Of a stretch of DNA of 64,000 bases, positions 20,276 to 30,648 are shown piece by piece (the stretch's first letter is position 1; each line of letters begins with the position of its first letter). The stretch is from contig OY762492.1 in assembly GCA_963665845.2 (NCBI GenBank), positions 3,776,001-3,840,000 on the forward strand, read 5' to 3'. Source of the stretch: Candidatus Poribacteria bacterium (GTDB taxonomy: Bacteria; Poribacteria; WGA-4E; GCA-2687025). Both the position numbers and the translations under genes were made by a program. The notes beneath the pieces are model-generated. The model saw only the letters and a program-made list of their open reading frames with translations, searched no databases and was not told where the DNA came from.

Positions 20276-20322
20276 CTGTTCCGCCTTTCGCGTGTTTCGT
20301 TTCATCTAAAGTATAGCGCCTA

Positions 20323-21741
20323 TCAACGCCGCAGGCTTTTAGAGAGGCGGATAAACTCCGCAAGCGTCCGCACATTTCGGTTGAAGGTTCTGCAGCGGAT
20401 CTGCCCTTCCTCAACCCATCTCCCCTGATTGTCTAAACGGTTGACAATCTCCATGACGCGCGGCTTCAGCTCTTCAACCTTCTCTTTCCGCTTTTGATCG
20501 GAGAGCGGCGCGTTCTGTTTGGCGAGATACGCTTCCCGCCCCTCCGCCTTCACCTCTTCAGCGTATCGAATCAGGCTCGATACGCCGTAACCGCCTTGGA
20601 ACGAGTAATGGGTCGGCAGGTCGTTCGGATGGTCGACGATCTCGTAACGCTTGTTGAAATAGATCGGCTTGTTGGTTCGCAGCTCATAGAAACGCGCCCA
20701 TCGGTTCTCGCCGACGCTGGAGCGCTGATACCATTCCGCCGCCTTCAGCGCCGCGTTGAAATACTCCTCCCGCCCGTATTCAAGATACAGGTCGATGAGC
20801 AGCCGCGCGGTACCGGACGACTCGCCGCCGGAAATGGACGGCGGCTCAAACTTGCGCGCCCAGTCAGGTTCCATCTGGTAATTGTACTGCTGCGCCCATG
20901 CCGGCTGCGGCTCCGGCATCTGCGCGTCCAAAATGAACTGGGCGGCGCGCAATGCCGTTTCTTCATACGCCGACTCCTCGTACTGCTTCGCGGCGATGAT
21001 CAGCGTCTTGACGATGTCGCGGATGGCGTTGTCGTTGAACGTGTAGAAGCCGCTGTAGCGCGTTTTGACATATGTCCGCGACCAGCTCTCTGGATACTTC
21101 GCTTTGAGAGAGGGTCTTTCTTCAACGCTCCATGTTTCTCCCGCGTAGACTTGCGGCCAAGCGCCGTTCGGATACTGCGCCTTCAAAACCGCCTTCAGCC
21201 CGTATTCAACAGCCTCCCGCGCCTCTTTGAGCCGCCCCTCTTCCAGCTGGTCGATTCTCATGAGAAAGCGCAGCGCGCTCTGCGTGTTGTCGTCGTCAAA
21301 GATGGTTCGGTCTCTCGCGCCGGGTCTTGGGTTGACGCGGTAATTCCATTTTTTGCGCTGGTCGGGGTGAAACTCGATGCGGTAGTCCCATCCGCCTGTC
21401 GTCAGCTGCGTGTCGTAAAGCGCCTTGGCGGTCTGCCTCGCCGCTTCGAGATACTCCCGCTTCTCTGTAGCTTCGTAGGCGTCCAGCAGCGCCTCTCCAA
21501 CGGCGGGCGTCCCCGGCGGCTGAACCCATCCCATCGTTTCGGTCGCGTCGCCTTCCCCTTTGCGGACCGACAGATCTTCCGAGTATGTCCACAGATAGCT
21601 CCCCCGCGTTGACACCTTCTGCGTGAAGTATTGAACGGCGTCGTCCAGCGCCGTCTCCGCTGTTTCCAGCGCCGTCTCCGCCTGCGCGTTGACGCATAAT
21701 AAAGCGAATGCAAACGCCGCCGCCATCCGCAGTATCCGCAT
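20323..21741 (-). CDS. Secreted pectate lyase, PL10/PelA-like
   Basis: Signal peptide; TIFDDDNT, QYPNGAWPQ, TFNDNA and WAQQY...ARKFEPPSISGGES motifs. Confidence 0.82.
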   Translation of the reverse strand: MRILRMAAAFAFALLCVNAQAETALETAETALDDAVQYFTQKVSTRGSYLWTYSEDLSVRKGEGDATETMGWVQPPGTPAVGEALLDAYEATEKREYLEAARQTAKALYDTQLTTGGWDYRIEFHPDQRKKWNYRVNPRPGARDRTIFDDDNTQSALRFLMRIDQLEEGRLKEAREAVEYGLKAVLKAQYPNGAWPQVYAGETWSVEERPSLKAKYPESWSRTYVKTRYSGFYTFNDNAIRDIVKTLIIAAKQYEESAYEETALRAAQFILDAQMPEPQPAWAQQYNYQMEPDWARKFEPPSISGGESSGTARLLIDLYLEYGREEYFNAALKAAEWYQRSSVGENRWARFYELRTNKPIYFNKRYEIVDHPNDLPTHYSFQGGYGVSSLIRYAEEVKAEGREAYLAKQNAPLSDQKRKEKVEELKPRVMEIVNRLDNQGRWVEEGQIRCRTFNRNVRTLAEFIRLSKSLRR

Positions 21742-21752
21742 CGCTCTTTCCT

Positions 21753-22586
21753 TTACTGATTCGGTCCGATGTAGTCGAACAGGTACTCATGCGGTTCTTC
21801 AAGGAAGACGGCGTTCGGATCGATGACAGCGTTTTCAAATACGCTTTCGCACCCTTTGCCGTATCGAAGCGGGCGCCCTCGTCGAAGCCACCCGGCGCAG
21901 TGGACAAGCGCGATCATATGCCGTATCTGGTCGGAGCGGTTCGGGACGCCCCGATGCCATAGACGCATATCGCGTATCAGAACCGACCCTTTCGGCGCCG
22001 TTCCGCGGACAGGCGGGACCTCCGCCCGCCGCTTCGCTTCGTCTTCTGGAGAGACGCCCCTGCCGACATCGCCAATCAGATGCGTCCCCGGCCACAGCTC
22101 CACGGCGCCGTTCTCTTCGGTCGTGTCGAGAGGCGAAATGTTGACGACAACCATATGCGTCGGATGCGACGGGTTCCGATTCGGCCAAAGATGCCCAGTG
22201 TCCATATGGAGCGGCTGCGTTTCGCTGCCGGGCGTGTTGGTGTTTCCGTTGTAGAAGCTGTTGAAGGCGCCGCTTCCGAACAGGCTGGAGGTGGTATGTT
22301 CAACAATCGGATTCGCCGCGATGTCGGGAAAAACATACGGATCAATCGGCGGCGGTCCCTGCTGCAGATGCCCTTTTGTCCGCCCCGATCCGCCCCATCG
22401 CTCATCTTGCACCATGCGGAGAGAGTCCTCCGTCATTTTGCCGCGCAGTATGTCAAGATGATCATGGCGCACAATGTCCTTGAGTATCACAAAGCCCGTT
22501 TCTCGGATGGCGTTCAGCGCGCTCTGCAGGTTTTCTGGGTTCAGTTTCCCGCTCTCTAGTTCGCTTTTGGAGACGCTAATTCGCAT
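21753..22586 (-). CDS. Phytanoyl-CoA dioxygenase (PhyH) family Fe(II)/2OG oxygenase
   Basis: QPLHMD, NGAVELWPGTH and RLWHRG motifs. Confidence 0.88.
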   Translation of the reverse strand: MRISVSKSELESGKLNPENLQSALNAIRETGFVILKDIVRHDHLDILRGKMTEDSLRMVQDERWGGSGRTKGHLQQGPPPIDPYVFPDIAANPIVEHTTSSLFGSGAFNSFYNGNTNTPGSETQPLHMDTGHLWPNRNPSHPTHMVVVNISPLDTTEENGAVELWPGTHLIGDVGRGVSPEDEAKRRAEVPPVRGTAPKGSVLIRDMRLWHRGVPNRSDQIRHMIALVHCAGWLRRGRPLRYGKGCESVFENAVIDPNAVFLEEPHEYLFDYIGPNQ

Positions 22587-22753
22587 ATCGCCCTTTCGTT
22601 GATCATGTCCGCTTCGGCGCCATTATCGTCAATCGGCGCGTTTTGCGCAAGCGGCGGCTTAATACGGCGGCGCGTTCGATTCCCCTTTGAGAAGGGGCTA
22701 AGAGGGTTTGAGCGGCAAGCGCTGGACTCTGGATTCCCGCGCGCTTTACCTCA

Positions 22754-22863
22754 AGGGCGTCGCCAACCAGACCGTCATTCCCGCGCAAGCGGGAATCTAG
22801 AGGCGCCGCAGACGACGTCCGCGTTCATATCCAGCGTTGTCCCAACTTTAAGGGTAAGCTCGG
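22754..22863 (+). mobile_element. Truncated MITE-like copy (right part only)
   Basis: Internal palindrome plus right end TGTCCCAACTTTAAGGGTAAGCTCGG; left TIR missing. Confidence 0.65.
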
Positions 22864-22874
22864 ATCCAATAGCG

Positions 22875-22903
22875 TTGCCAACCGCAAAAAAATCGTCTAT
22901 GAT
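22875..22903 (+). promoter_or_regulatory. Putative sigma70 promoter of the sulfatase maturase
   Basis: TTGCCA-N17-TATGAT. Confidence 0.55.
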
Positions 22904-22935
22904 AACCTCCATAGCAACTGAAAGGGCTTCCAAAA

Positions 22936-24291
22936 ATGCCGCAGACGCCGTTTCATATCATGACCAAGCCGATCGGACCGCTCTGCAACCTGGACTGCAA
23001 ATACTGCTACTACCTAGAAAAAGAGCATCTCTACCCGCCCCGCCACAGCTTCCGCATGACGGACGAAACGCTTGAAAACTATGTCCGCCAATATGTAGCC
23101 GCCCAGCCGACCCAAGAGATCGAGTTCGCATGGCAGGGCGGAGAGCCGACGCTCATGGGTTTGGATTTCTTCAAGCGCATGGTCGAACTTCAGCAGAAGT
23201 ACTGCCCGCCCGGCAAACGGATCACCACCTCGCTCCAAACAAACGGAACGCTCCTGAACGACGAATGGTGCGAATTCTTTAAAAAACATGATTTCCTCGT
23301 CGGCATCAGCATCGACGGTCCGCAGGACCTGCATGACCGTTACCGCGTCGACAAAGGAGGCAAGCCCAGCTTTGACCAGGTCATGCGCGGCGTCAAATAT
23401 CTGCAGGCGCATGAGGTGCGTTACAACACGCTCACCGTCGTCCATCGGTATACGGGCAAACGCCCGCTGGATGTGTACCATTTCCTGCGCGACGAAGTGA
23501 AAACGGAGTTCATGCAGTTCATTCCGATTGTTGAGCGGATCGGCGAAGGCGAGGGTCTGTTGTGGCTGGCGCCGCCGCCGGCCATCGGAGAGGACGCGCC
23601 TGTCGAGAAGGGTCCGCCCGTCCAGCCGTGGAGCGTGGAGCCGCGCGACTACGGCGACTTTCTCTCCGCCGTTTTTGACGAATGGGTGCGCAGCGATGTC
23701 GGCAAAGTGTTCGTTCAGCTGTTTGAGGTGCATCTCGGCATCTGGATGGGCATGGGCGCCTCCCTGTGCGTCTTCGGCGAAACATGCGGCAGCGCGCTGG
23801 CGATGGAGCATAACGGCGACCTGTACTCCTGCGATCATTACGTCTATCCCGAATATCTGCTCGGCAACATCAACGAAACGCCGCTCATCGATCTGGTGAA
23901 TCTCCCGGCGCAGAAAAAATTCGGCGACGACAAACGAGACGCGCTCCCGAAATACTGCCGAGAGTGCGACGTCCGCTTCGCCTGCAACGGCGAATGCCCA
24001 AAACATCGGTTCTACATCACGCCGGACGGCGAGCCTGGACTCAATTACCTGTGCGCTGGATACAAACGGTATTTCAAGCATATCGACCCGTATATGCGCG
24101 CCTTTGCGGGGCTGCTGCGTTCAGGGCGCCCCGCGACCGACATCATGGCTCTCGTCCGAGAACATGACGCCCAGCGCAAAACGCAAGCCAGATGGACATC
24201 CGCGTCGCGCAACGACCCATGCCCATGCGGCAGCGGAAAGAAATACAAGACATGCTGCTGGAGCAAGAGAGGTCAGGCGGCGCGGAAATGA
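22936..24291 (+). CDS. Anaerobic sulfatase-maturating radical SAM/SPASM enzyme with C-terminal SEC-C motif
   Basis: CNLDCKYC, WQGGEP, SPASM cysteines (YSCDHY, CRECDVRFACNGECP) and RNDPCPCGSGKKYK. Confidence 0.94.
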   Translation: MPQTPFHIMTKPIGPLCNLDCKYCYYLEKEHLYPPRHSFRMTDETLENYVRQYVAAQPTQEIEFAWQGGEPTLMGLDFFKRMVELQQKYCPPGKRITTSLQTNGTLLNDEWCEFFKKHDFLVGISIDGPQDLHDRYRVDKGGKPSFDQVMRGVKYLQAHEVRYNTLTVVHRYTGKRPLDVYHFLRDEVKTEFMQFIPIVERIGEGEGLLWLAPPPAIGEDAPVEKGPPVQPWSVEPRDYGDFLSAVFDEWVRSDVGKVFVQLFEVHLGIWMGMGASLCVFGETCGSALAMEHNGDLYSCDHYVYPEYLLGNINETPLIDLVNLPAQKKFGDDKRDALPKYCRECDVRFACNGECPKHRFYITPDGEPGLNYLCAGYKRYFKHIDPYMRAFAGLLRSGRPATDIMALVREHDAQRKTQARWTSASRNDPCPCGSGKKYKTCCWSKRGQAARK

Positions 24292-24543
24292 CCCCCGTTT
24301 TCACGGGGCAGGCTATGAGGACGCGGGGTTTCTAGACTCCCACCTTGAAAAGAGGGGCTGGGGGGTTTTAGCGCGGTTTGCGCTTGGTTTTGAACCAGGA
24401 TTGAAGGATGATTAAGATTGCCAAGATAGCGTTTTACGGGAATTTTCTTGGCAATCCTAGTTCAGACGACAACTGCGGCTAAGATTCCCGCTTACGCGGG
24501 AATGACCCCCGTTTTCACGGGGGCAGGCTATGAGGACGCGGGG
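24290..24543. repeat. Mosaic of repeat modules between convergent genes
   Basis: Direct repeat ATGACCCCCGTTTTCACGGGG(G)CAGGCTATGAGGACGCGGG at both ends, enclosing a CCCTT/AAGGG hairpin, a TGAACCAGGAT element and a REP-like palindrome. Confidence 0.8.
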
Positions 24544-25506
24544 TCAACGTTCGGCGAACGCGCCGCGCAGGATCTCCATGATCAGCTCATCGTAGGAGAC
24601 GCCGTCTTCCGCCGCTTGAGCGGGCAGGTCGCTTAGGTCGGTCAGTCCTGGGAGGGTGTTTAGGTCTAGGATATACGGCTCTCCGTTCGCGTCGATCATC
24701 ATATCGACGCGGGAAACGCTATGGCATCCGAGGGAGCGGTGGGCGGCCATTCCGATCTGTTGAACGCGCAAGGTAGTTTCTGGAGAAAGCCGCGCAGGGA
24801 GAATAAACTCGGTCATCCCTTCGGTGTATTTTGCGTGGTAATCGTAAAAATCGTTTCGCGGAACCAACTCTAAAATCGGAAGCGCGCGCAGTTCTGGACC
24901 GTCGCCGAGGAGGCCGACCGTCGCTTCCATCCCTACGATGCGCTTCTCGACAAGAACCGAGCCGTATTTCTGCCGCGTTTCGCGCAGCGCCGCTGTCAGC
25001 TCATCCCGCCGCCCCGCCATGACAACGCCGAGGCTGGAGCCTTCCGAGGCGGGCTTCACAACGGCGGGCAGCCCGACCCGTTCGATGAACTGGTCCGCCT
25101 GCTCCTCGAGGCAGCGGCGCGGGTCGATCTCGATATACGGCGGGGTCGGCAAGCCGTTCGCTTCCCAGATCTGCTTGGCGCGGCCTTTGTGCATGGCGAG
25201 GGCGCTCGCTAAAACGCCTGAACCGGTATAACGCAAGTCGAGCGTTTCTAAAAAACCTTGGACGGTTCCGTCCTCCCCCCATCTCCCATGGAGCGCCAGA
25301 AAAACGGCCGACGGGCGGTTCGACAGCAGCGTTTCAAGCCAGCCCTCCTTGCCTGGATCAACGGGGTAGGCGTCAACGCCTTGACGGCGGAGCGCATCCA
25401 GCGCGTTGCTTCCCGACCGAAGCGACACTTCCCGTTCGCCGGAGCGCCCGCCCAGCATGACAGCGATCCGCGCGTTTTCATCGATGAAGCCCATGTTCTC
25501 GCTCAT
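24544..25506 (-). CDS. ddl: D-alanine--D-alanine ligase
   Basis: GGRSGEREVSLRSG, LHGRWGEDG, EGSSLG, YDYHAKY and LNTLPG motifs. Confidence 0.95.
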   Translation of the reverse strand: MSENMGFIDENARIAVMLGGRSGEREVSLRSGSNALDALRRQGVDAYPVDPGKEGWLETLLSNRPSAVFLALHGRWGEDGTVQGFLETLDLRYTGSGVLASALAMHKGRAKQIWEANGLPTPPYIEIDPRRCLEEQADQFIERVGLPAVVKPASEGSSLGVVMAGRRDELTAALRETRQKYGSVLVEKRIVGMEATVGLLGDGPELRALPILELVPRNDFYDYHAKYTEGMTEFILPARLSPETTLRVQQIGMAAHRSLGCHSVSRVDMMIDANGEPYILDLNTLPGLTDLSDLPAQAAEDGVSYDELIMEILRGAFAER

Positions 25507-25549
25507 TCCCGTTTCCTTTTATATGTCCATCTCTCGCTTGCGGCGAAAT

Positions 25550-26416
25550 CTAAGCCGCCTCGGCGACGATGCCGGCGGCGCGCAGCTCCTGATAAAAAAG
25601 GGTCTCGATCGGCGCCTCAATGCGGAGCCTGGCGTACCGTATCCGTTTTCGGGCGCATTCCGCCTCTATGCGCGACAGATGCGCTTGAAAGCGGGCGTCG
25701 TAGGCGCGGCTTTTTTCAGCATTCCAAGCGACGCTGCGGCTTTCGCCCGTCTCGATGTCGGTCACTGAAGCTTCCGCCGGCGGCTCCGGGGATTCCGTCA
25801 AGCGCGACACCAAATGCGCCGCGGAGCCGCGCCCCGCCATCGTTTTGAGTCCCTCGGCGCATTCTTCAGCGTCCAGCAGCATATCGGACAGAAGAATGAT
25901 CGTCCCAAAAGCGTTGACGCTCCGGGCGCGCATCCATCGGGCGAAGTTCGCCTCCGGCGCCGGCTCCAGCCGCTCTAGATAACGCTCCAAACGCGCCAGC
26001 CCCGCCCGTCCGCGCGCGTATAAAACAGGTTTGCGAGACCCTACCGCGGCGACCGCGGCGGAGTCCCCGCGCCGCAGCGCAAGAAACGCCAGCGCATACG
26101 CCATGCGCTTCGCTGTCTCAAACGGAGACGGATCGCCCGCTGTCATCGAGAGGCTGGCGTCGATGAGCAGCAGAGCCGTCATCGCCGACTCGGCTTGCGC
26201 GCGCTTCACGAGAACGCGGTCAGTACGGGCGGCGGCGCGCCAGTCGACCCTGCGCAGGTCGTCTCCCGGCGAATAAGGGCGGCGGTCTTCATACTCCATG
26301 CCCCTGCCGACGCCTTTTGCCGCCCAGTCGCCTTGAACGCGGGAGCGGAACGGAGCGGACGCCGTAAGGCGAAGCGCTTTCAGCCGCTCTAAAGGGAGAG
26401 AGCGCAGGGCGTTCAT
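25550..26416 (-). CDS. DUF58 (vWA-like) protein
   Basis: GRGMEYEDRRPYSPGDDLRRVDW and DASLSM motifs. Confidence 0.85.
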   Translation of the reverse strand: MNALRSLPLERLKALRLTASAPFRSRVQGDWAAKGVGRGMEYEDRRPYSPGDDLRRVDWRAAARTDRVLVKRAQAESAMTALLLIDASLSMTAGDPSPFETAKRMAYALAFLALRRGDSAAVAAVGSRKPVLYARGRAGLARLERYLERLEPAPEANFARWMRARSVNAFGTIILLSDMLLDAEECAEGLKTMAGRGSAAHLVSRLTESPEPPAEASVTDIETGESRSVAWNAEKSRAYDARFQAHLSRIEAECARKRIRYARLRIEAPIETLFYQELRAAGIVAEAA

Positions 26417-27816
26417 GCGCCGCCTTTGCCGTTTGCCTCGCGCTCCTCGCACAGCTGTTCGTAGGCGTCCGACACGGCGCGCATATCGACCAGATCCGGT
26501 TCTTGGCGCATGACCGCCTCAATCTCTTCAGCCGTTCGGCGCCGGGCGGGCCAATTCTCTTCAGACGCGGCGCGCAGAATGACACGCGCCGCCAGCGCGC
26601 TTGCCGCCCAGAGATGGCGCAGCTCCAGCTTGTCGACCGTGTCGTACGACGTATGCCCCCATCCGCGCCCTGTGAAACGCCCGCGCGGATTGCCGACATA
26701 GGCGGTCGGGACGCCGCGCAAAAAATACGGGTAATGGTCGCTGAACGCATGCGTCTTCTGACCGAAGGGGGCGTCCCCCATCTGCTTTTCGTACGCTTCA
26801 AACAGCGGCTCCAGCTCCTTCAGCTGATTCAGGATAACGCCCTTGCCGCCGGAGCCGCCCGCCGCGTCGCAGTTCAACAAAAAACGGACATTGTCCAACT
26901 CATCCGCGCTCGCTTCGGCATGGCGGTAGGCGCCGGTGAGGCCGATCTCCTCGCAGCTCCAGAAGATGAAGCGCGCTGTTCGGCGCAGCTTGCCCTTCGC
27001 ATGCTTGGCGAGAACGCGCGCCGCTTCCAACACGGAGACGACGCCGGACGCCGGGTCCATCGCCCCCTGCGCGATGTCATGCCCGTCATGATGCGATCCG
27101 ATCATGACGATCTCGTCCGTGTCGCCGGGAATCTCCCCGACGATGTTCCATGACTCCGAGGGGTAGGTTGCGCAGTCCGCCTTTAAATGCGCCGTCAACG
27201 GGCCGAGGCGCGCTTCCTGACGGCGCAGAAACTCCGCGTCCTCATGTCCGATGGAGAAGCCTGGGATCAGCCCTTCGCGGTCGTCGCCGAGGCTGCCTGT
27301 TTCGGGTCCGCGCCCTTCATACATTCCGATGAACACAAAGCCGACCGCGCCGGCAAGCGCGGAGCGTTCATACATCTCGGTGCGATGCACGACGCGGTTG
27401 ACGTCGGAGGGCGGCGCGCTGGATACCGCGGCGATTCCGCCCTTGAGACGTTCCGCCGCGCGTTCAAAGGAGGCGGGACCGCCGTCCGGCAACAGAACCA
27501 GCGGCGCCGTCAGGTCGGTCGGGGGACAGTACGGCAGCGCGATGCATGGAATCTCTTTTTGAAACGGCGCCTCGATATGGAGAGACGCGGGGGCGCGGCG
27601 CCATGCGTTGTATTGAAACGGCTCTAAGCGCGCGTTTTCTAAGCCGTACGATTCCAGTTTGCCGCGCAGAAAATCGGCGGCGGCGCGCTCGTCCGGCGTC
27701 CCGGGCGTCCGCGAGCCGAACTCGTCGCACAGCATGATCAGATTGTCCATCGGCTCGGTCGTCGTGTAGATGTCGCCGAGCATGGCGCGGTCCAGTTCAA
27801 GATAAGGGTTGTTCAT
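26413..27816 (-). CDS. M28-family peptidase/aminohydrolase with PA-like insert
   Basis: GSHHDG, GAMDPASG, CEEIGL, SDHYPY and HTSYDT motifs. Confidence 0.88.
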   Translation of the reverse strand: MNNPYLELDRAMLGDIYTTTEPMDNLIMLCDEFGSRTPGTPDERAAADFLRGKLESYGLENARLEPFQYNAWRRAPASLHIEAPFQKEIPCIALPYCPPTDLTAPLVLLPDGGPASFERAAERLKGGIAAVSSAPPSDVNRVVHRTEMYERSALAGAVGFVFIGMYEGRGPETGSLGDDREGLIPGFSIGHEDAEFLRRQEARLGPLTAHLKADCATYPSESWNIVGEIPGDTDEIVMIGSHHDGHDIAQGAMDPASGVVSVLEAARVLAKHAKGKLRRTARFIFWSCEEIGLTGAYRHAEASADELDNVRFLLNCDAAGGSGGKGVILNQLKELEPLFEAYEKQMGDAPFGQKTHAFSDHYPYFLRGVPTAYVGNPRGRFTGRGWGHTSYDTVDKLELRHLWAASALAARVILRAASEENWPARRRTAEEIEAVMRQEPDLVDMRAVSDAYEQLCEEREANGKGGA

Positions 27817-28835
27817 GAGACTCCTGTCAATTCTCGGCGCGCGATATGAGCGGCTTTGACCATCGCGTTCAGTTTTTGGACGGCAGCCCAGCGCGCCGTT
27901 TGTGAAAATCCGCAGTCGGGCGTGACGGTCAGTTTTTCAGGCGGGACATACTCTAGCGCATGGCGTATCCGCTGCGCGATCAGATCAACCGGCTCGATCC
28001 ATAGGTTTTTGACATCCACAACGCCGACAGCAACCTCCTTCTCCTGCGCGATGTCGCCCAGAAGCTCCATTTCGGCAAACTCGCGCGACGCGAACTCCAG
28101 CGCAAACTGGTCGGCGCGCATCTCCATCGCCTTCGGAAAAAGCGGGCTGTAACGCCGATTACCAACCGCCCGCGCCCGATAATTCCCAAAGCAGAGGTGG
28201 GTCCCGATTTTGGCGTTCAGCCCCTCCACGGTTCGATTGAAGATCGACACATACTGATCAATGCGGTCGGGATAGACGCTGAAAGACGGCTCGTCGATCT
28301 GCAGAAAGTCGGCGCCCGCCTCAATCAGCCTTTCGCATTCGCGGCGCACAATCGGTATCAGGGCTTCCGTCACGGCGAGGCGGTCTGGGTAACATTCATT
28401 CGGTTCAATGCGCCCCGACAAGGTGAAGGGACCTGGGACGCACGCTTTCAGGTCGGCGCGGGCGATCTGTTTCAGGTAAAGAAAATCCTCGACGGCGCCC
28501 AGCCCGTTCGGCGCCTTCAGCTCGCCTTTGAGGCGGTATTTGCCGCGCTGGTCATGGGCGGGAACGCCGAGGCGCCGGCGCAGCGGCAACGGCTCTAGAT
28601 TTTCAAAACGGGAATAAAAGCCGAGGTTGAAGTCGAGACGGCTCATTTCGCCGTCCGTGATACGGTCAACGCCGGCGCGCTGCTGGTCTTCGACGGCGGC
28701 GGTGACGGCGTCCTGTATCAGCTCGCGCCGGTCGTCCTCGCCCAGTTCGCCGCGCTGCGCCGCCGCGTCCGCCAGAAAAACCCAGCCGGGCGTCGCATGG
28801 CTTCCGATCACCGAGGTTTCAATCAAGCGAGTCAT
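27813..28835 (-). CDS. Cobalamin-independent methionine synthase II-family protein (single barrel)
   Basis: TDGEMSR, PGPFT, QIDEP, HLCFGN and PDCGF (zinc ligands). Confidence 0.88.
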   Translation of the reverse strand: MTRLIETSVIGSHATPGWVFLADAAAQRGELGEDDRRELIQDAVTAAVEDQQRAGVDRITDGEMSRLDFNLGFYSRFENLEPLPLRRRLGVPAHDQRGKYRLKGELKAPNGLGAVEDFLYLKQIARADLKACVPGPFTLSGRIEPNECYPDRLAVTEALIPIVRRECERLIEAGADFLQIDEPSFSVYPDRIDQYVSIFNRTVEGLNAKIGTHLCFGNYRARAVGNRRYSPLFPKAMEMRADQFALEFASREFAEMELLGDIAQEKEVAVGVVDVKNLWIEPVDLIAQRIRHALEYVPPEKLTVTPDCGFSQTARWAAVQKLNAMVKAAHIARRELTGVS

Positions 28836-29635
28836 GCGTTTTCCGCCCTTATTTGACCCTCCGAGACGCTCCATCCGCCGTCCACTTTCAAGGTGGCGCC
28901 CGTCAAAAACTTCGACTCGTCCGACGCGAGATACAGCGCCGCCTGCGCGCAGTCTTCGGGCGTTCCGAGCGCCTTTGTCAGCGGCTGTTTCGTTTTAATA
29001 TAGGACAGTATCGCCTCGTTCGACTGCGCCCGCTCGCTCATCGGCGTCGCAATGAGAGCCGGCGCGATCACATTGACGCGAATGCCCATCGGCGCGTAAT
29101 ACGCCGCCATCGACCGGCTCAACGCGATGACAGCGCCTTTGCTCGCGGCGTATGCATGCGTCCCAAAAAGAACGGGAGAAGGCGACTCCGCCAAAACGGA
29201 GCTGGTGTTGATGACGCTTCCGCCGCCGCTTTTCAACATGGAACGCGCCGCCGCCCTGCACATTAAAAACATCCCGCGCGCGTTCATGCGGAGCGTCTGA
29301 TCCCACCCGTCTTCAGTGCATTCATGAATCGGTCCGTCGCCGTATCGGCGTCCGCTTCCGCCTGCGGTGGTGAAGACGATGTCGGGCGGTCCGTGCGTTT
29401 GCTCGGTTTGGCTGAAGAGCCTGTCCACCTGCCGCGCGTCCGAGACGTCGGTCTGGATATAAACCGCCTTTCCGCCGTTCGATGCGATTTGGCTCGCGGT
29501 CGATTCTCCTGTTTCGCGCGTGCGGCTTGCGACAACGACCGCGGCGCCTTCTTGGGCGAAGAGCAGCGCCGCCGCCCTGCCGATGCCGGTTCCGCCGCCC
29601 GCAATCACCGCCGATTTGCCCTGTAAGCGCCCCAT
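28832..29635 (-). CDS. Short-chain dehydrogenase/reductase
   Basis: GGGTGIG, YAASKG and VDGG motifs. Confidence 0.92.
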   Translation of the reverse strand: MGRLQGKSAVIAGGGTGIGRAAALLFAQEGAAVVVASRTRETGESTASQIASNGGKAVYIQTDVSDARQVDRLFSQTEQTHGPPDIVFTTAGGSGRRYGDGPIHECTEDGWDQTLRMNARGMFLMCRAAARSMLKSGGGSVINTSSVLAESPSPVLFGTHAYAASKGAVIALSRSMAAYYAPMGIRVNVIAPALIATPMSERAQSNEAILSYIKTKQPLTKALGTPEDCAQAALYLASDESKFLTGATLKVDGGWSVSEGQIRAENA

Positions 29636-29645
29636 CTCAAAACGC

Positions 29646-30407
29646 CTATCGGTAGAGCGCGCCGACGCGCCGCCGGTAATCGTCATACGATTCTTCAAAC
29701 ATCTCCGCCGCCCGCTCCTTGCCGACATGGACAGGGCTGGTCAGCACCTTCGGCGGCTGACCCGCGCGCGTCAAACGTTCCGCCACCTCCGCCTTCAAAG
29801 CGTTCGCAATGAAACATGCGGAGACGCTTGAAACGGGGCTGACCGGCGTCTCAAGCCCATTGATCCAGACGACCGCGTCGCCCGGCGGAACGCCGTTGTC
29901 GATGACGATGTCGCACAGATCGGCGAGCGTTCGGTTCGGGTTGGCGCGGTTGCTTTCCAGCGAGGTGACGGCGATCGTTGTCATTCCGATTTCGTTGGCG
30001 CCTTCCGCCATCTCGATCGGCACAAGGTTCGATCCGCCGTTTGAAAACACGACCATGGCGTCCTCTTCGGACAGGACGAAATTGCGCAGGATGCGTTTTG
30101 CCAGCCCCGGCGCGTTTTCCAGCGCCATCGCCTGCCGCTGCCCGTTGGCGCCGACCACCTGCGTATGAAAGGTCAACGACAGCTCCACGATCGGATGAAA
30201 GCCGGGAAAGCTGCCGTATCGCGGATAAATCTCCTCAACAGGAATGCGCGAATGCCCCGACCCGAACAGATGAACGAGCCGCCCTTTTAAGATGGCGGAC
30301 GCGCACACATCCGCCGCCTGCTGTATGCGCTCCGCCTCGCTCTCGGCGACGCGGTTGATCAGCTCAAGCGTTGAGCGAAGATACTGCTGCATGGGCGAGT
30401 TGGACAT
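29646..30407 (-). CDS. SIS-domain sugar isomerase-like protein
   Basis: LFGSGHS, FSNGG, IAVTS and DIVIDNGVPPGDA motifs. Confidence 0.85.
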   Translation of the reverse strand: MSNSPMQQYLRSTLELINRVAESEAERIQQAADVCASAILKGRLVHLFGSGHSRIPVEEIYPRYGSFPGFHPIVELSLTFHTQVVGANGQRQAMALENAPGLAKRILRNFVLSEEDAMVVFSNGGSNLVPIEMAEGANEIGMTTIAVTSLESNRANPNRTLADLCDIVIDNGVPPGDAVVWINGLETPVSPVSSVSACFIANALKAEVAERLTRAGQPPKVLTSPVHVGKERAAEMFEESYDDYRRRVGALYR

Positions 30408-30480
30408 GCGCCTCGGTTCGATTCCTGCTGAAGTTGATCGAAACCTTACCACACGCGGCGGCGCTTCGCAACGCTTTCAC

Positions 30481-30648
30481 CCGACCTCATGTATAAAGTC
30501 GGGACATCTGAACGAATGATCGCTCTATTCATGGGAAAAGGCTCCGCCAACCAAATCGTCATTCCCGCGCAAGCGGGAATCCAGAGGCGCCGCAGACGAC
30601 GTCCGCATTCACCATCGGAGTTGTCCTACTCTAAGGGGATAAGCTCAA
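30481..30648 (+). mobile_element. MITE-like element, diverged copy
   Basis: Left end CCGACCTCATGTATAAAGTCGGGACA; internal palindrome; degenerate right end. Confidence 0.72.
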
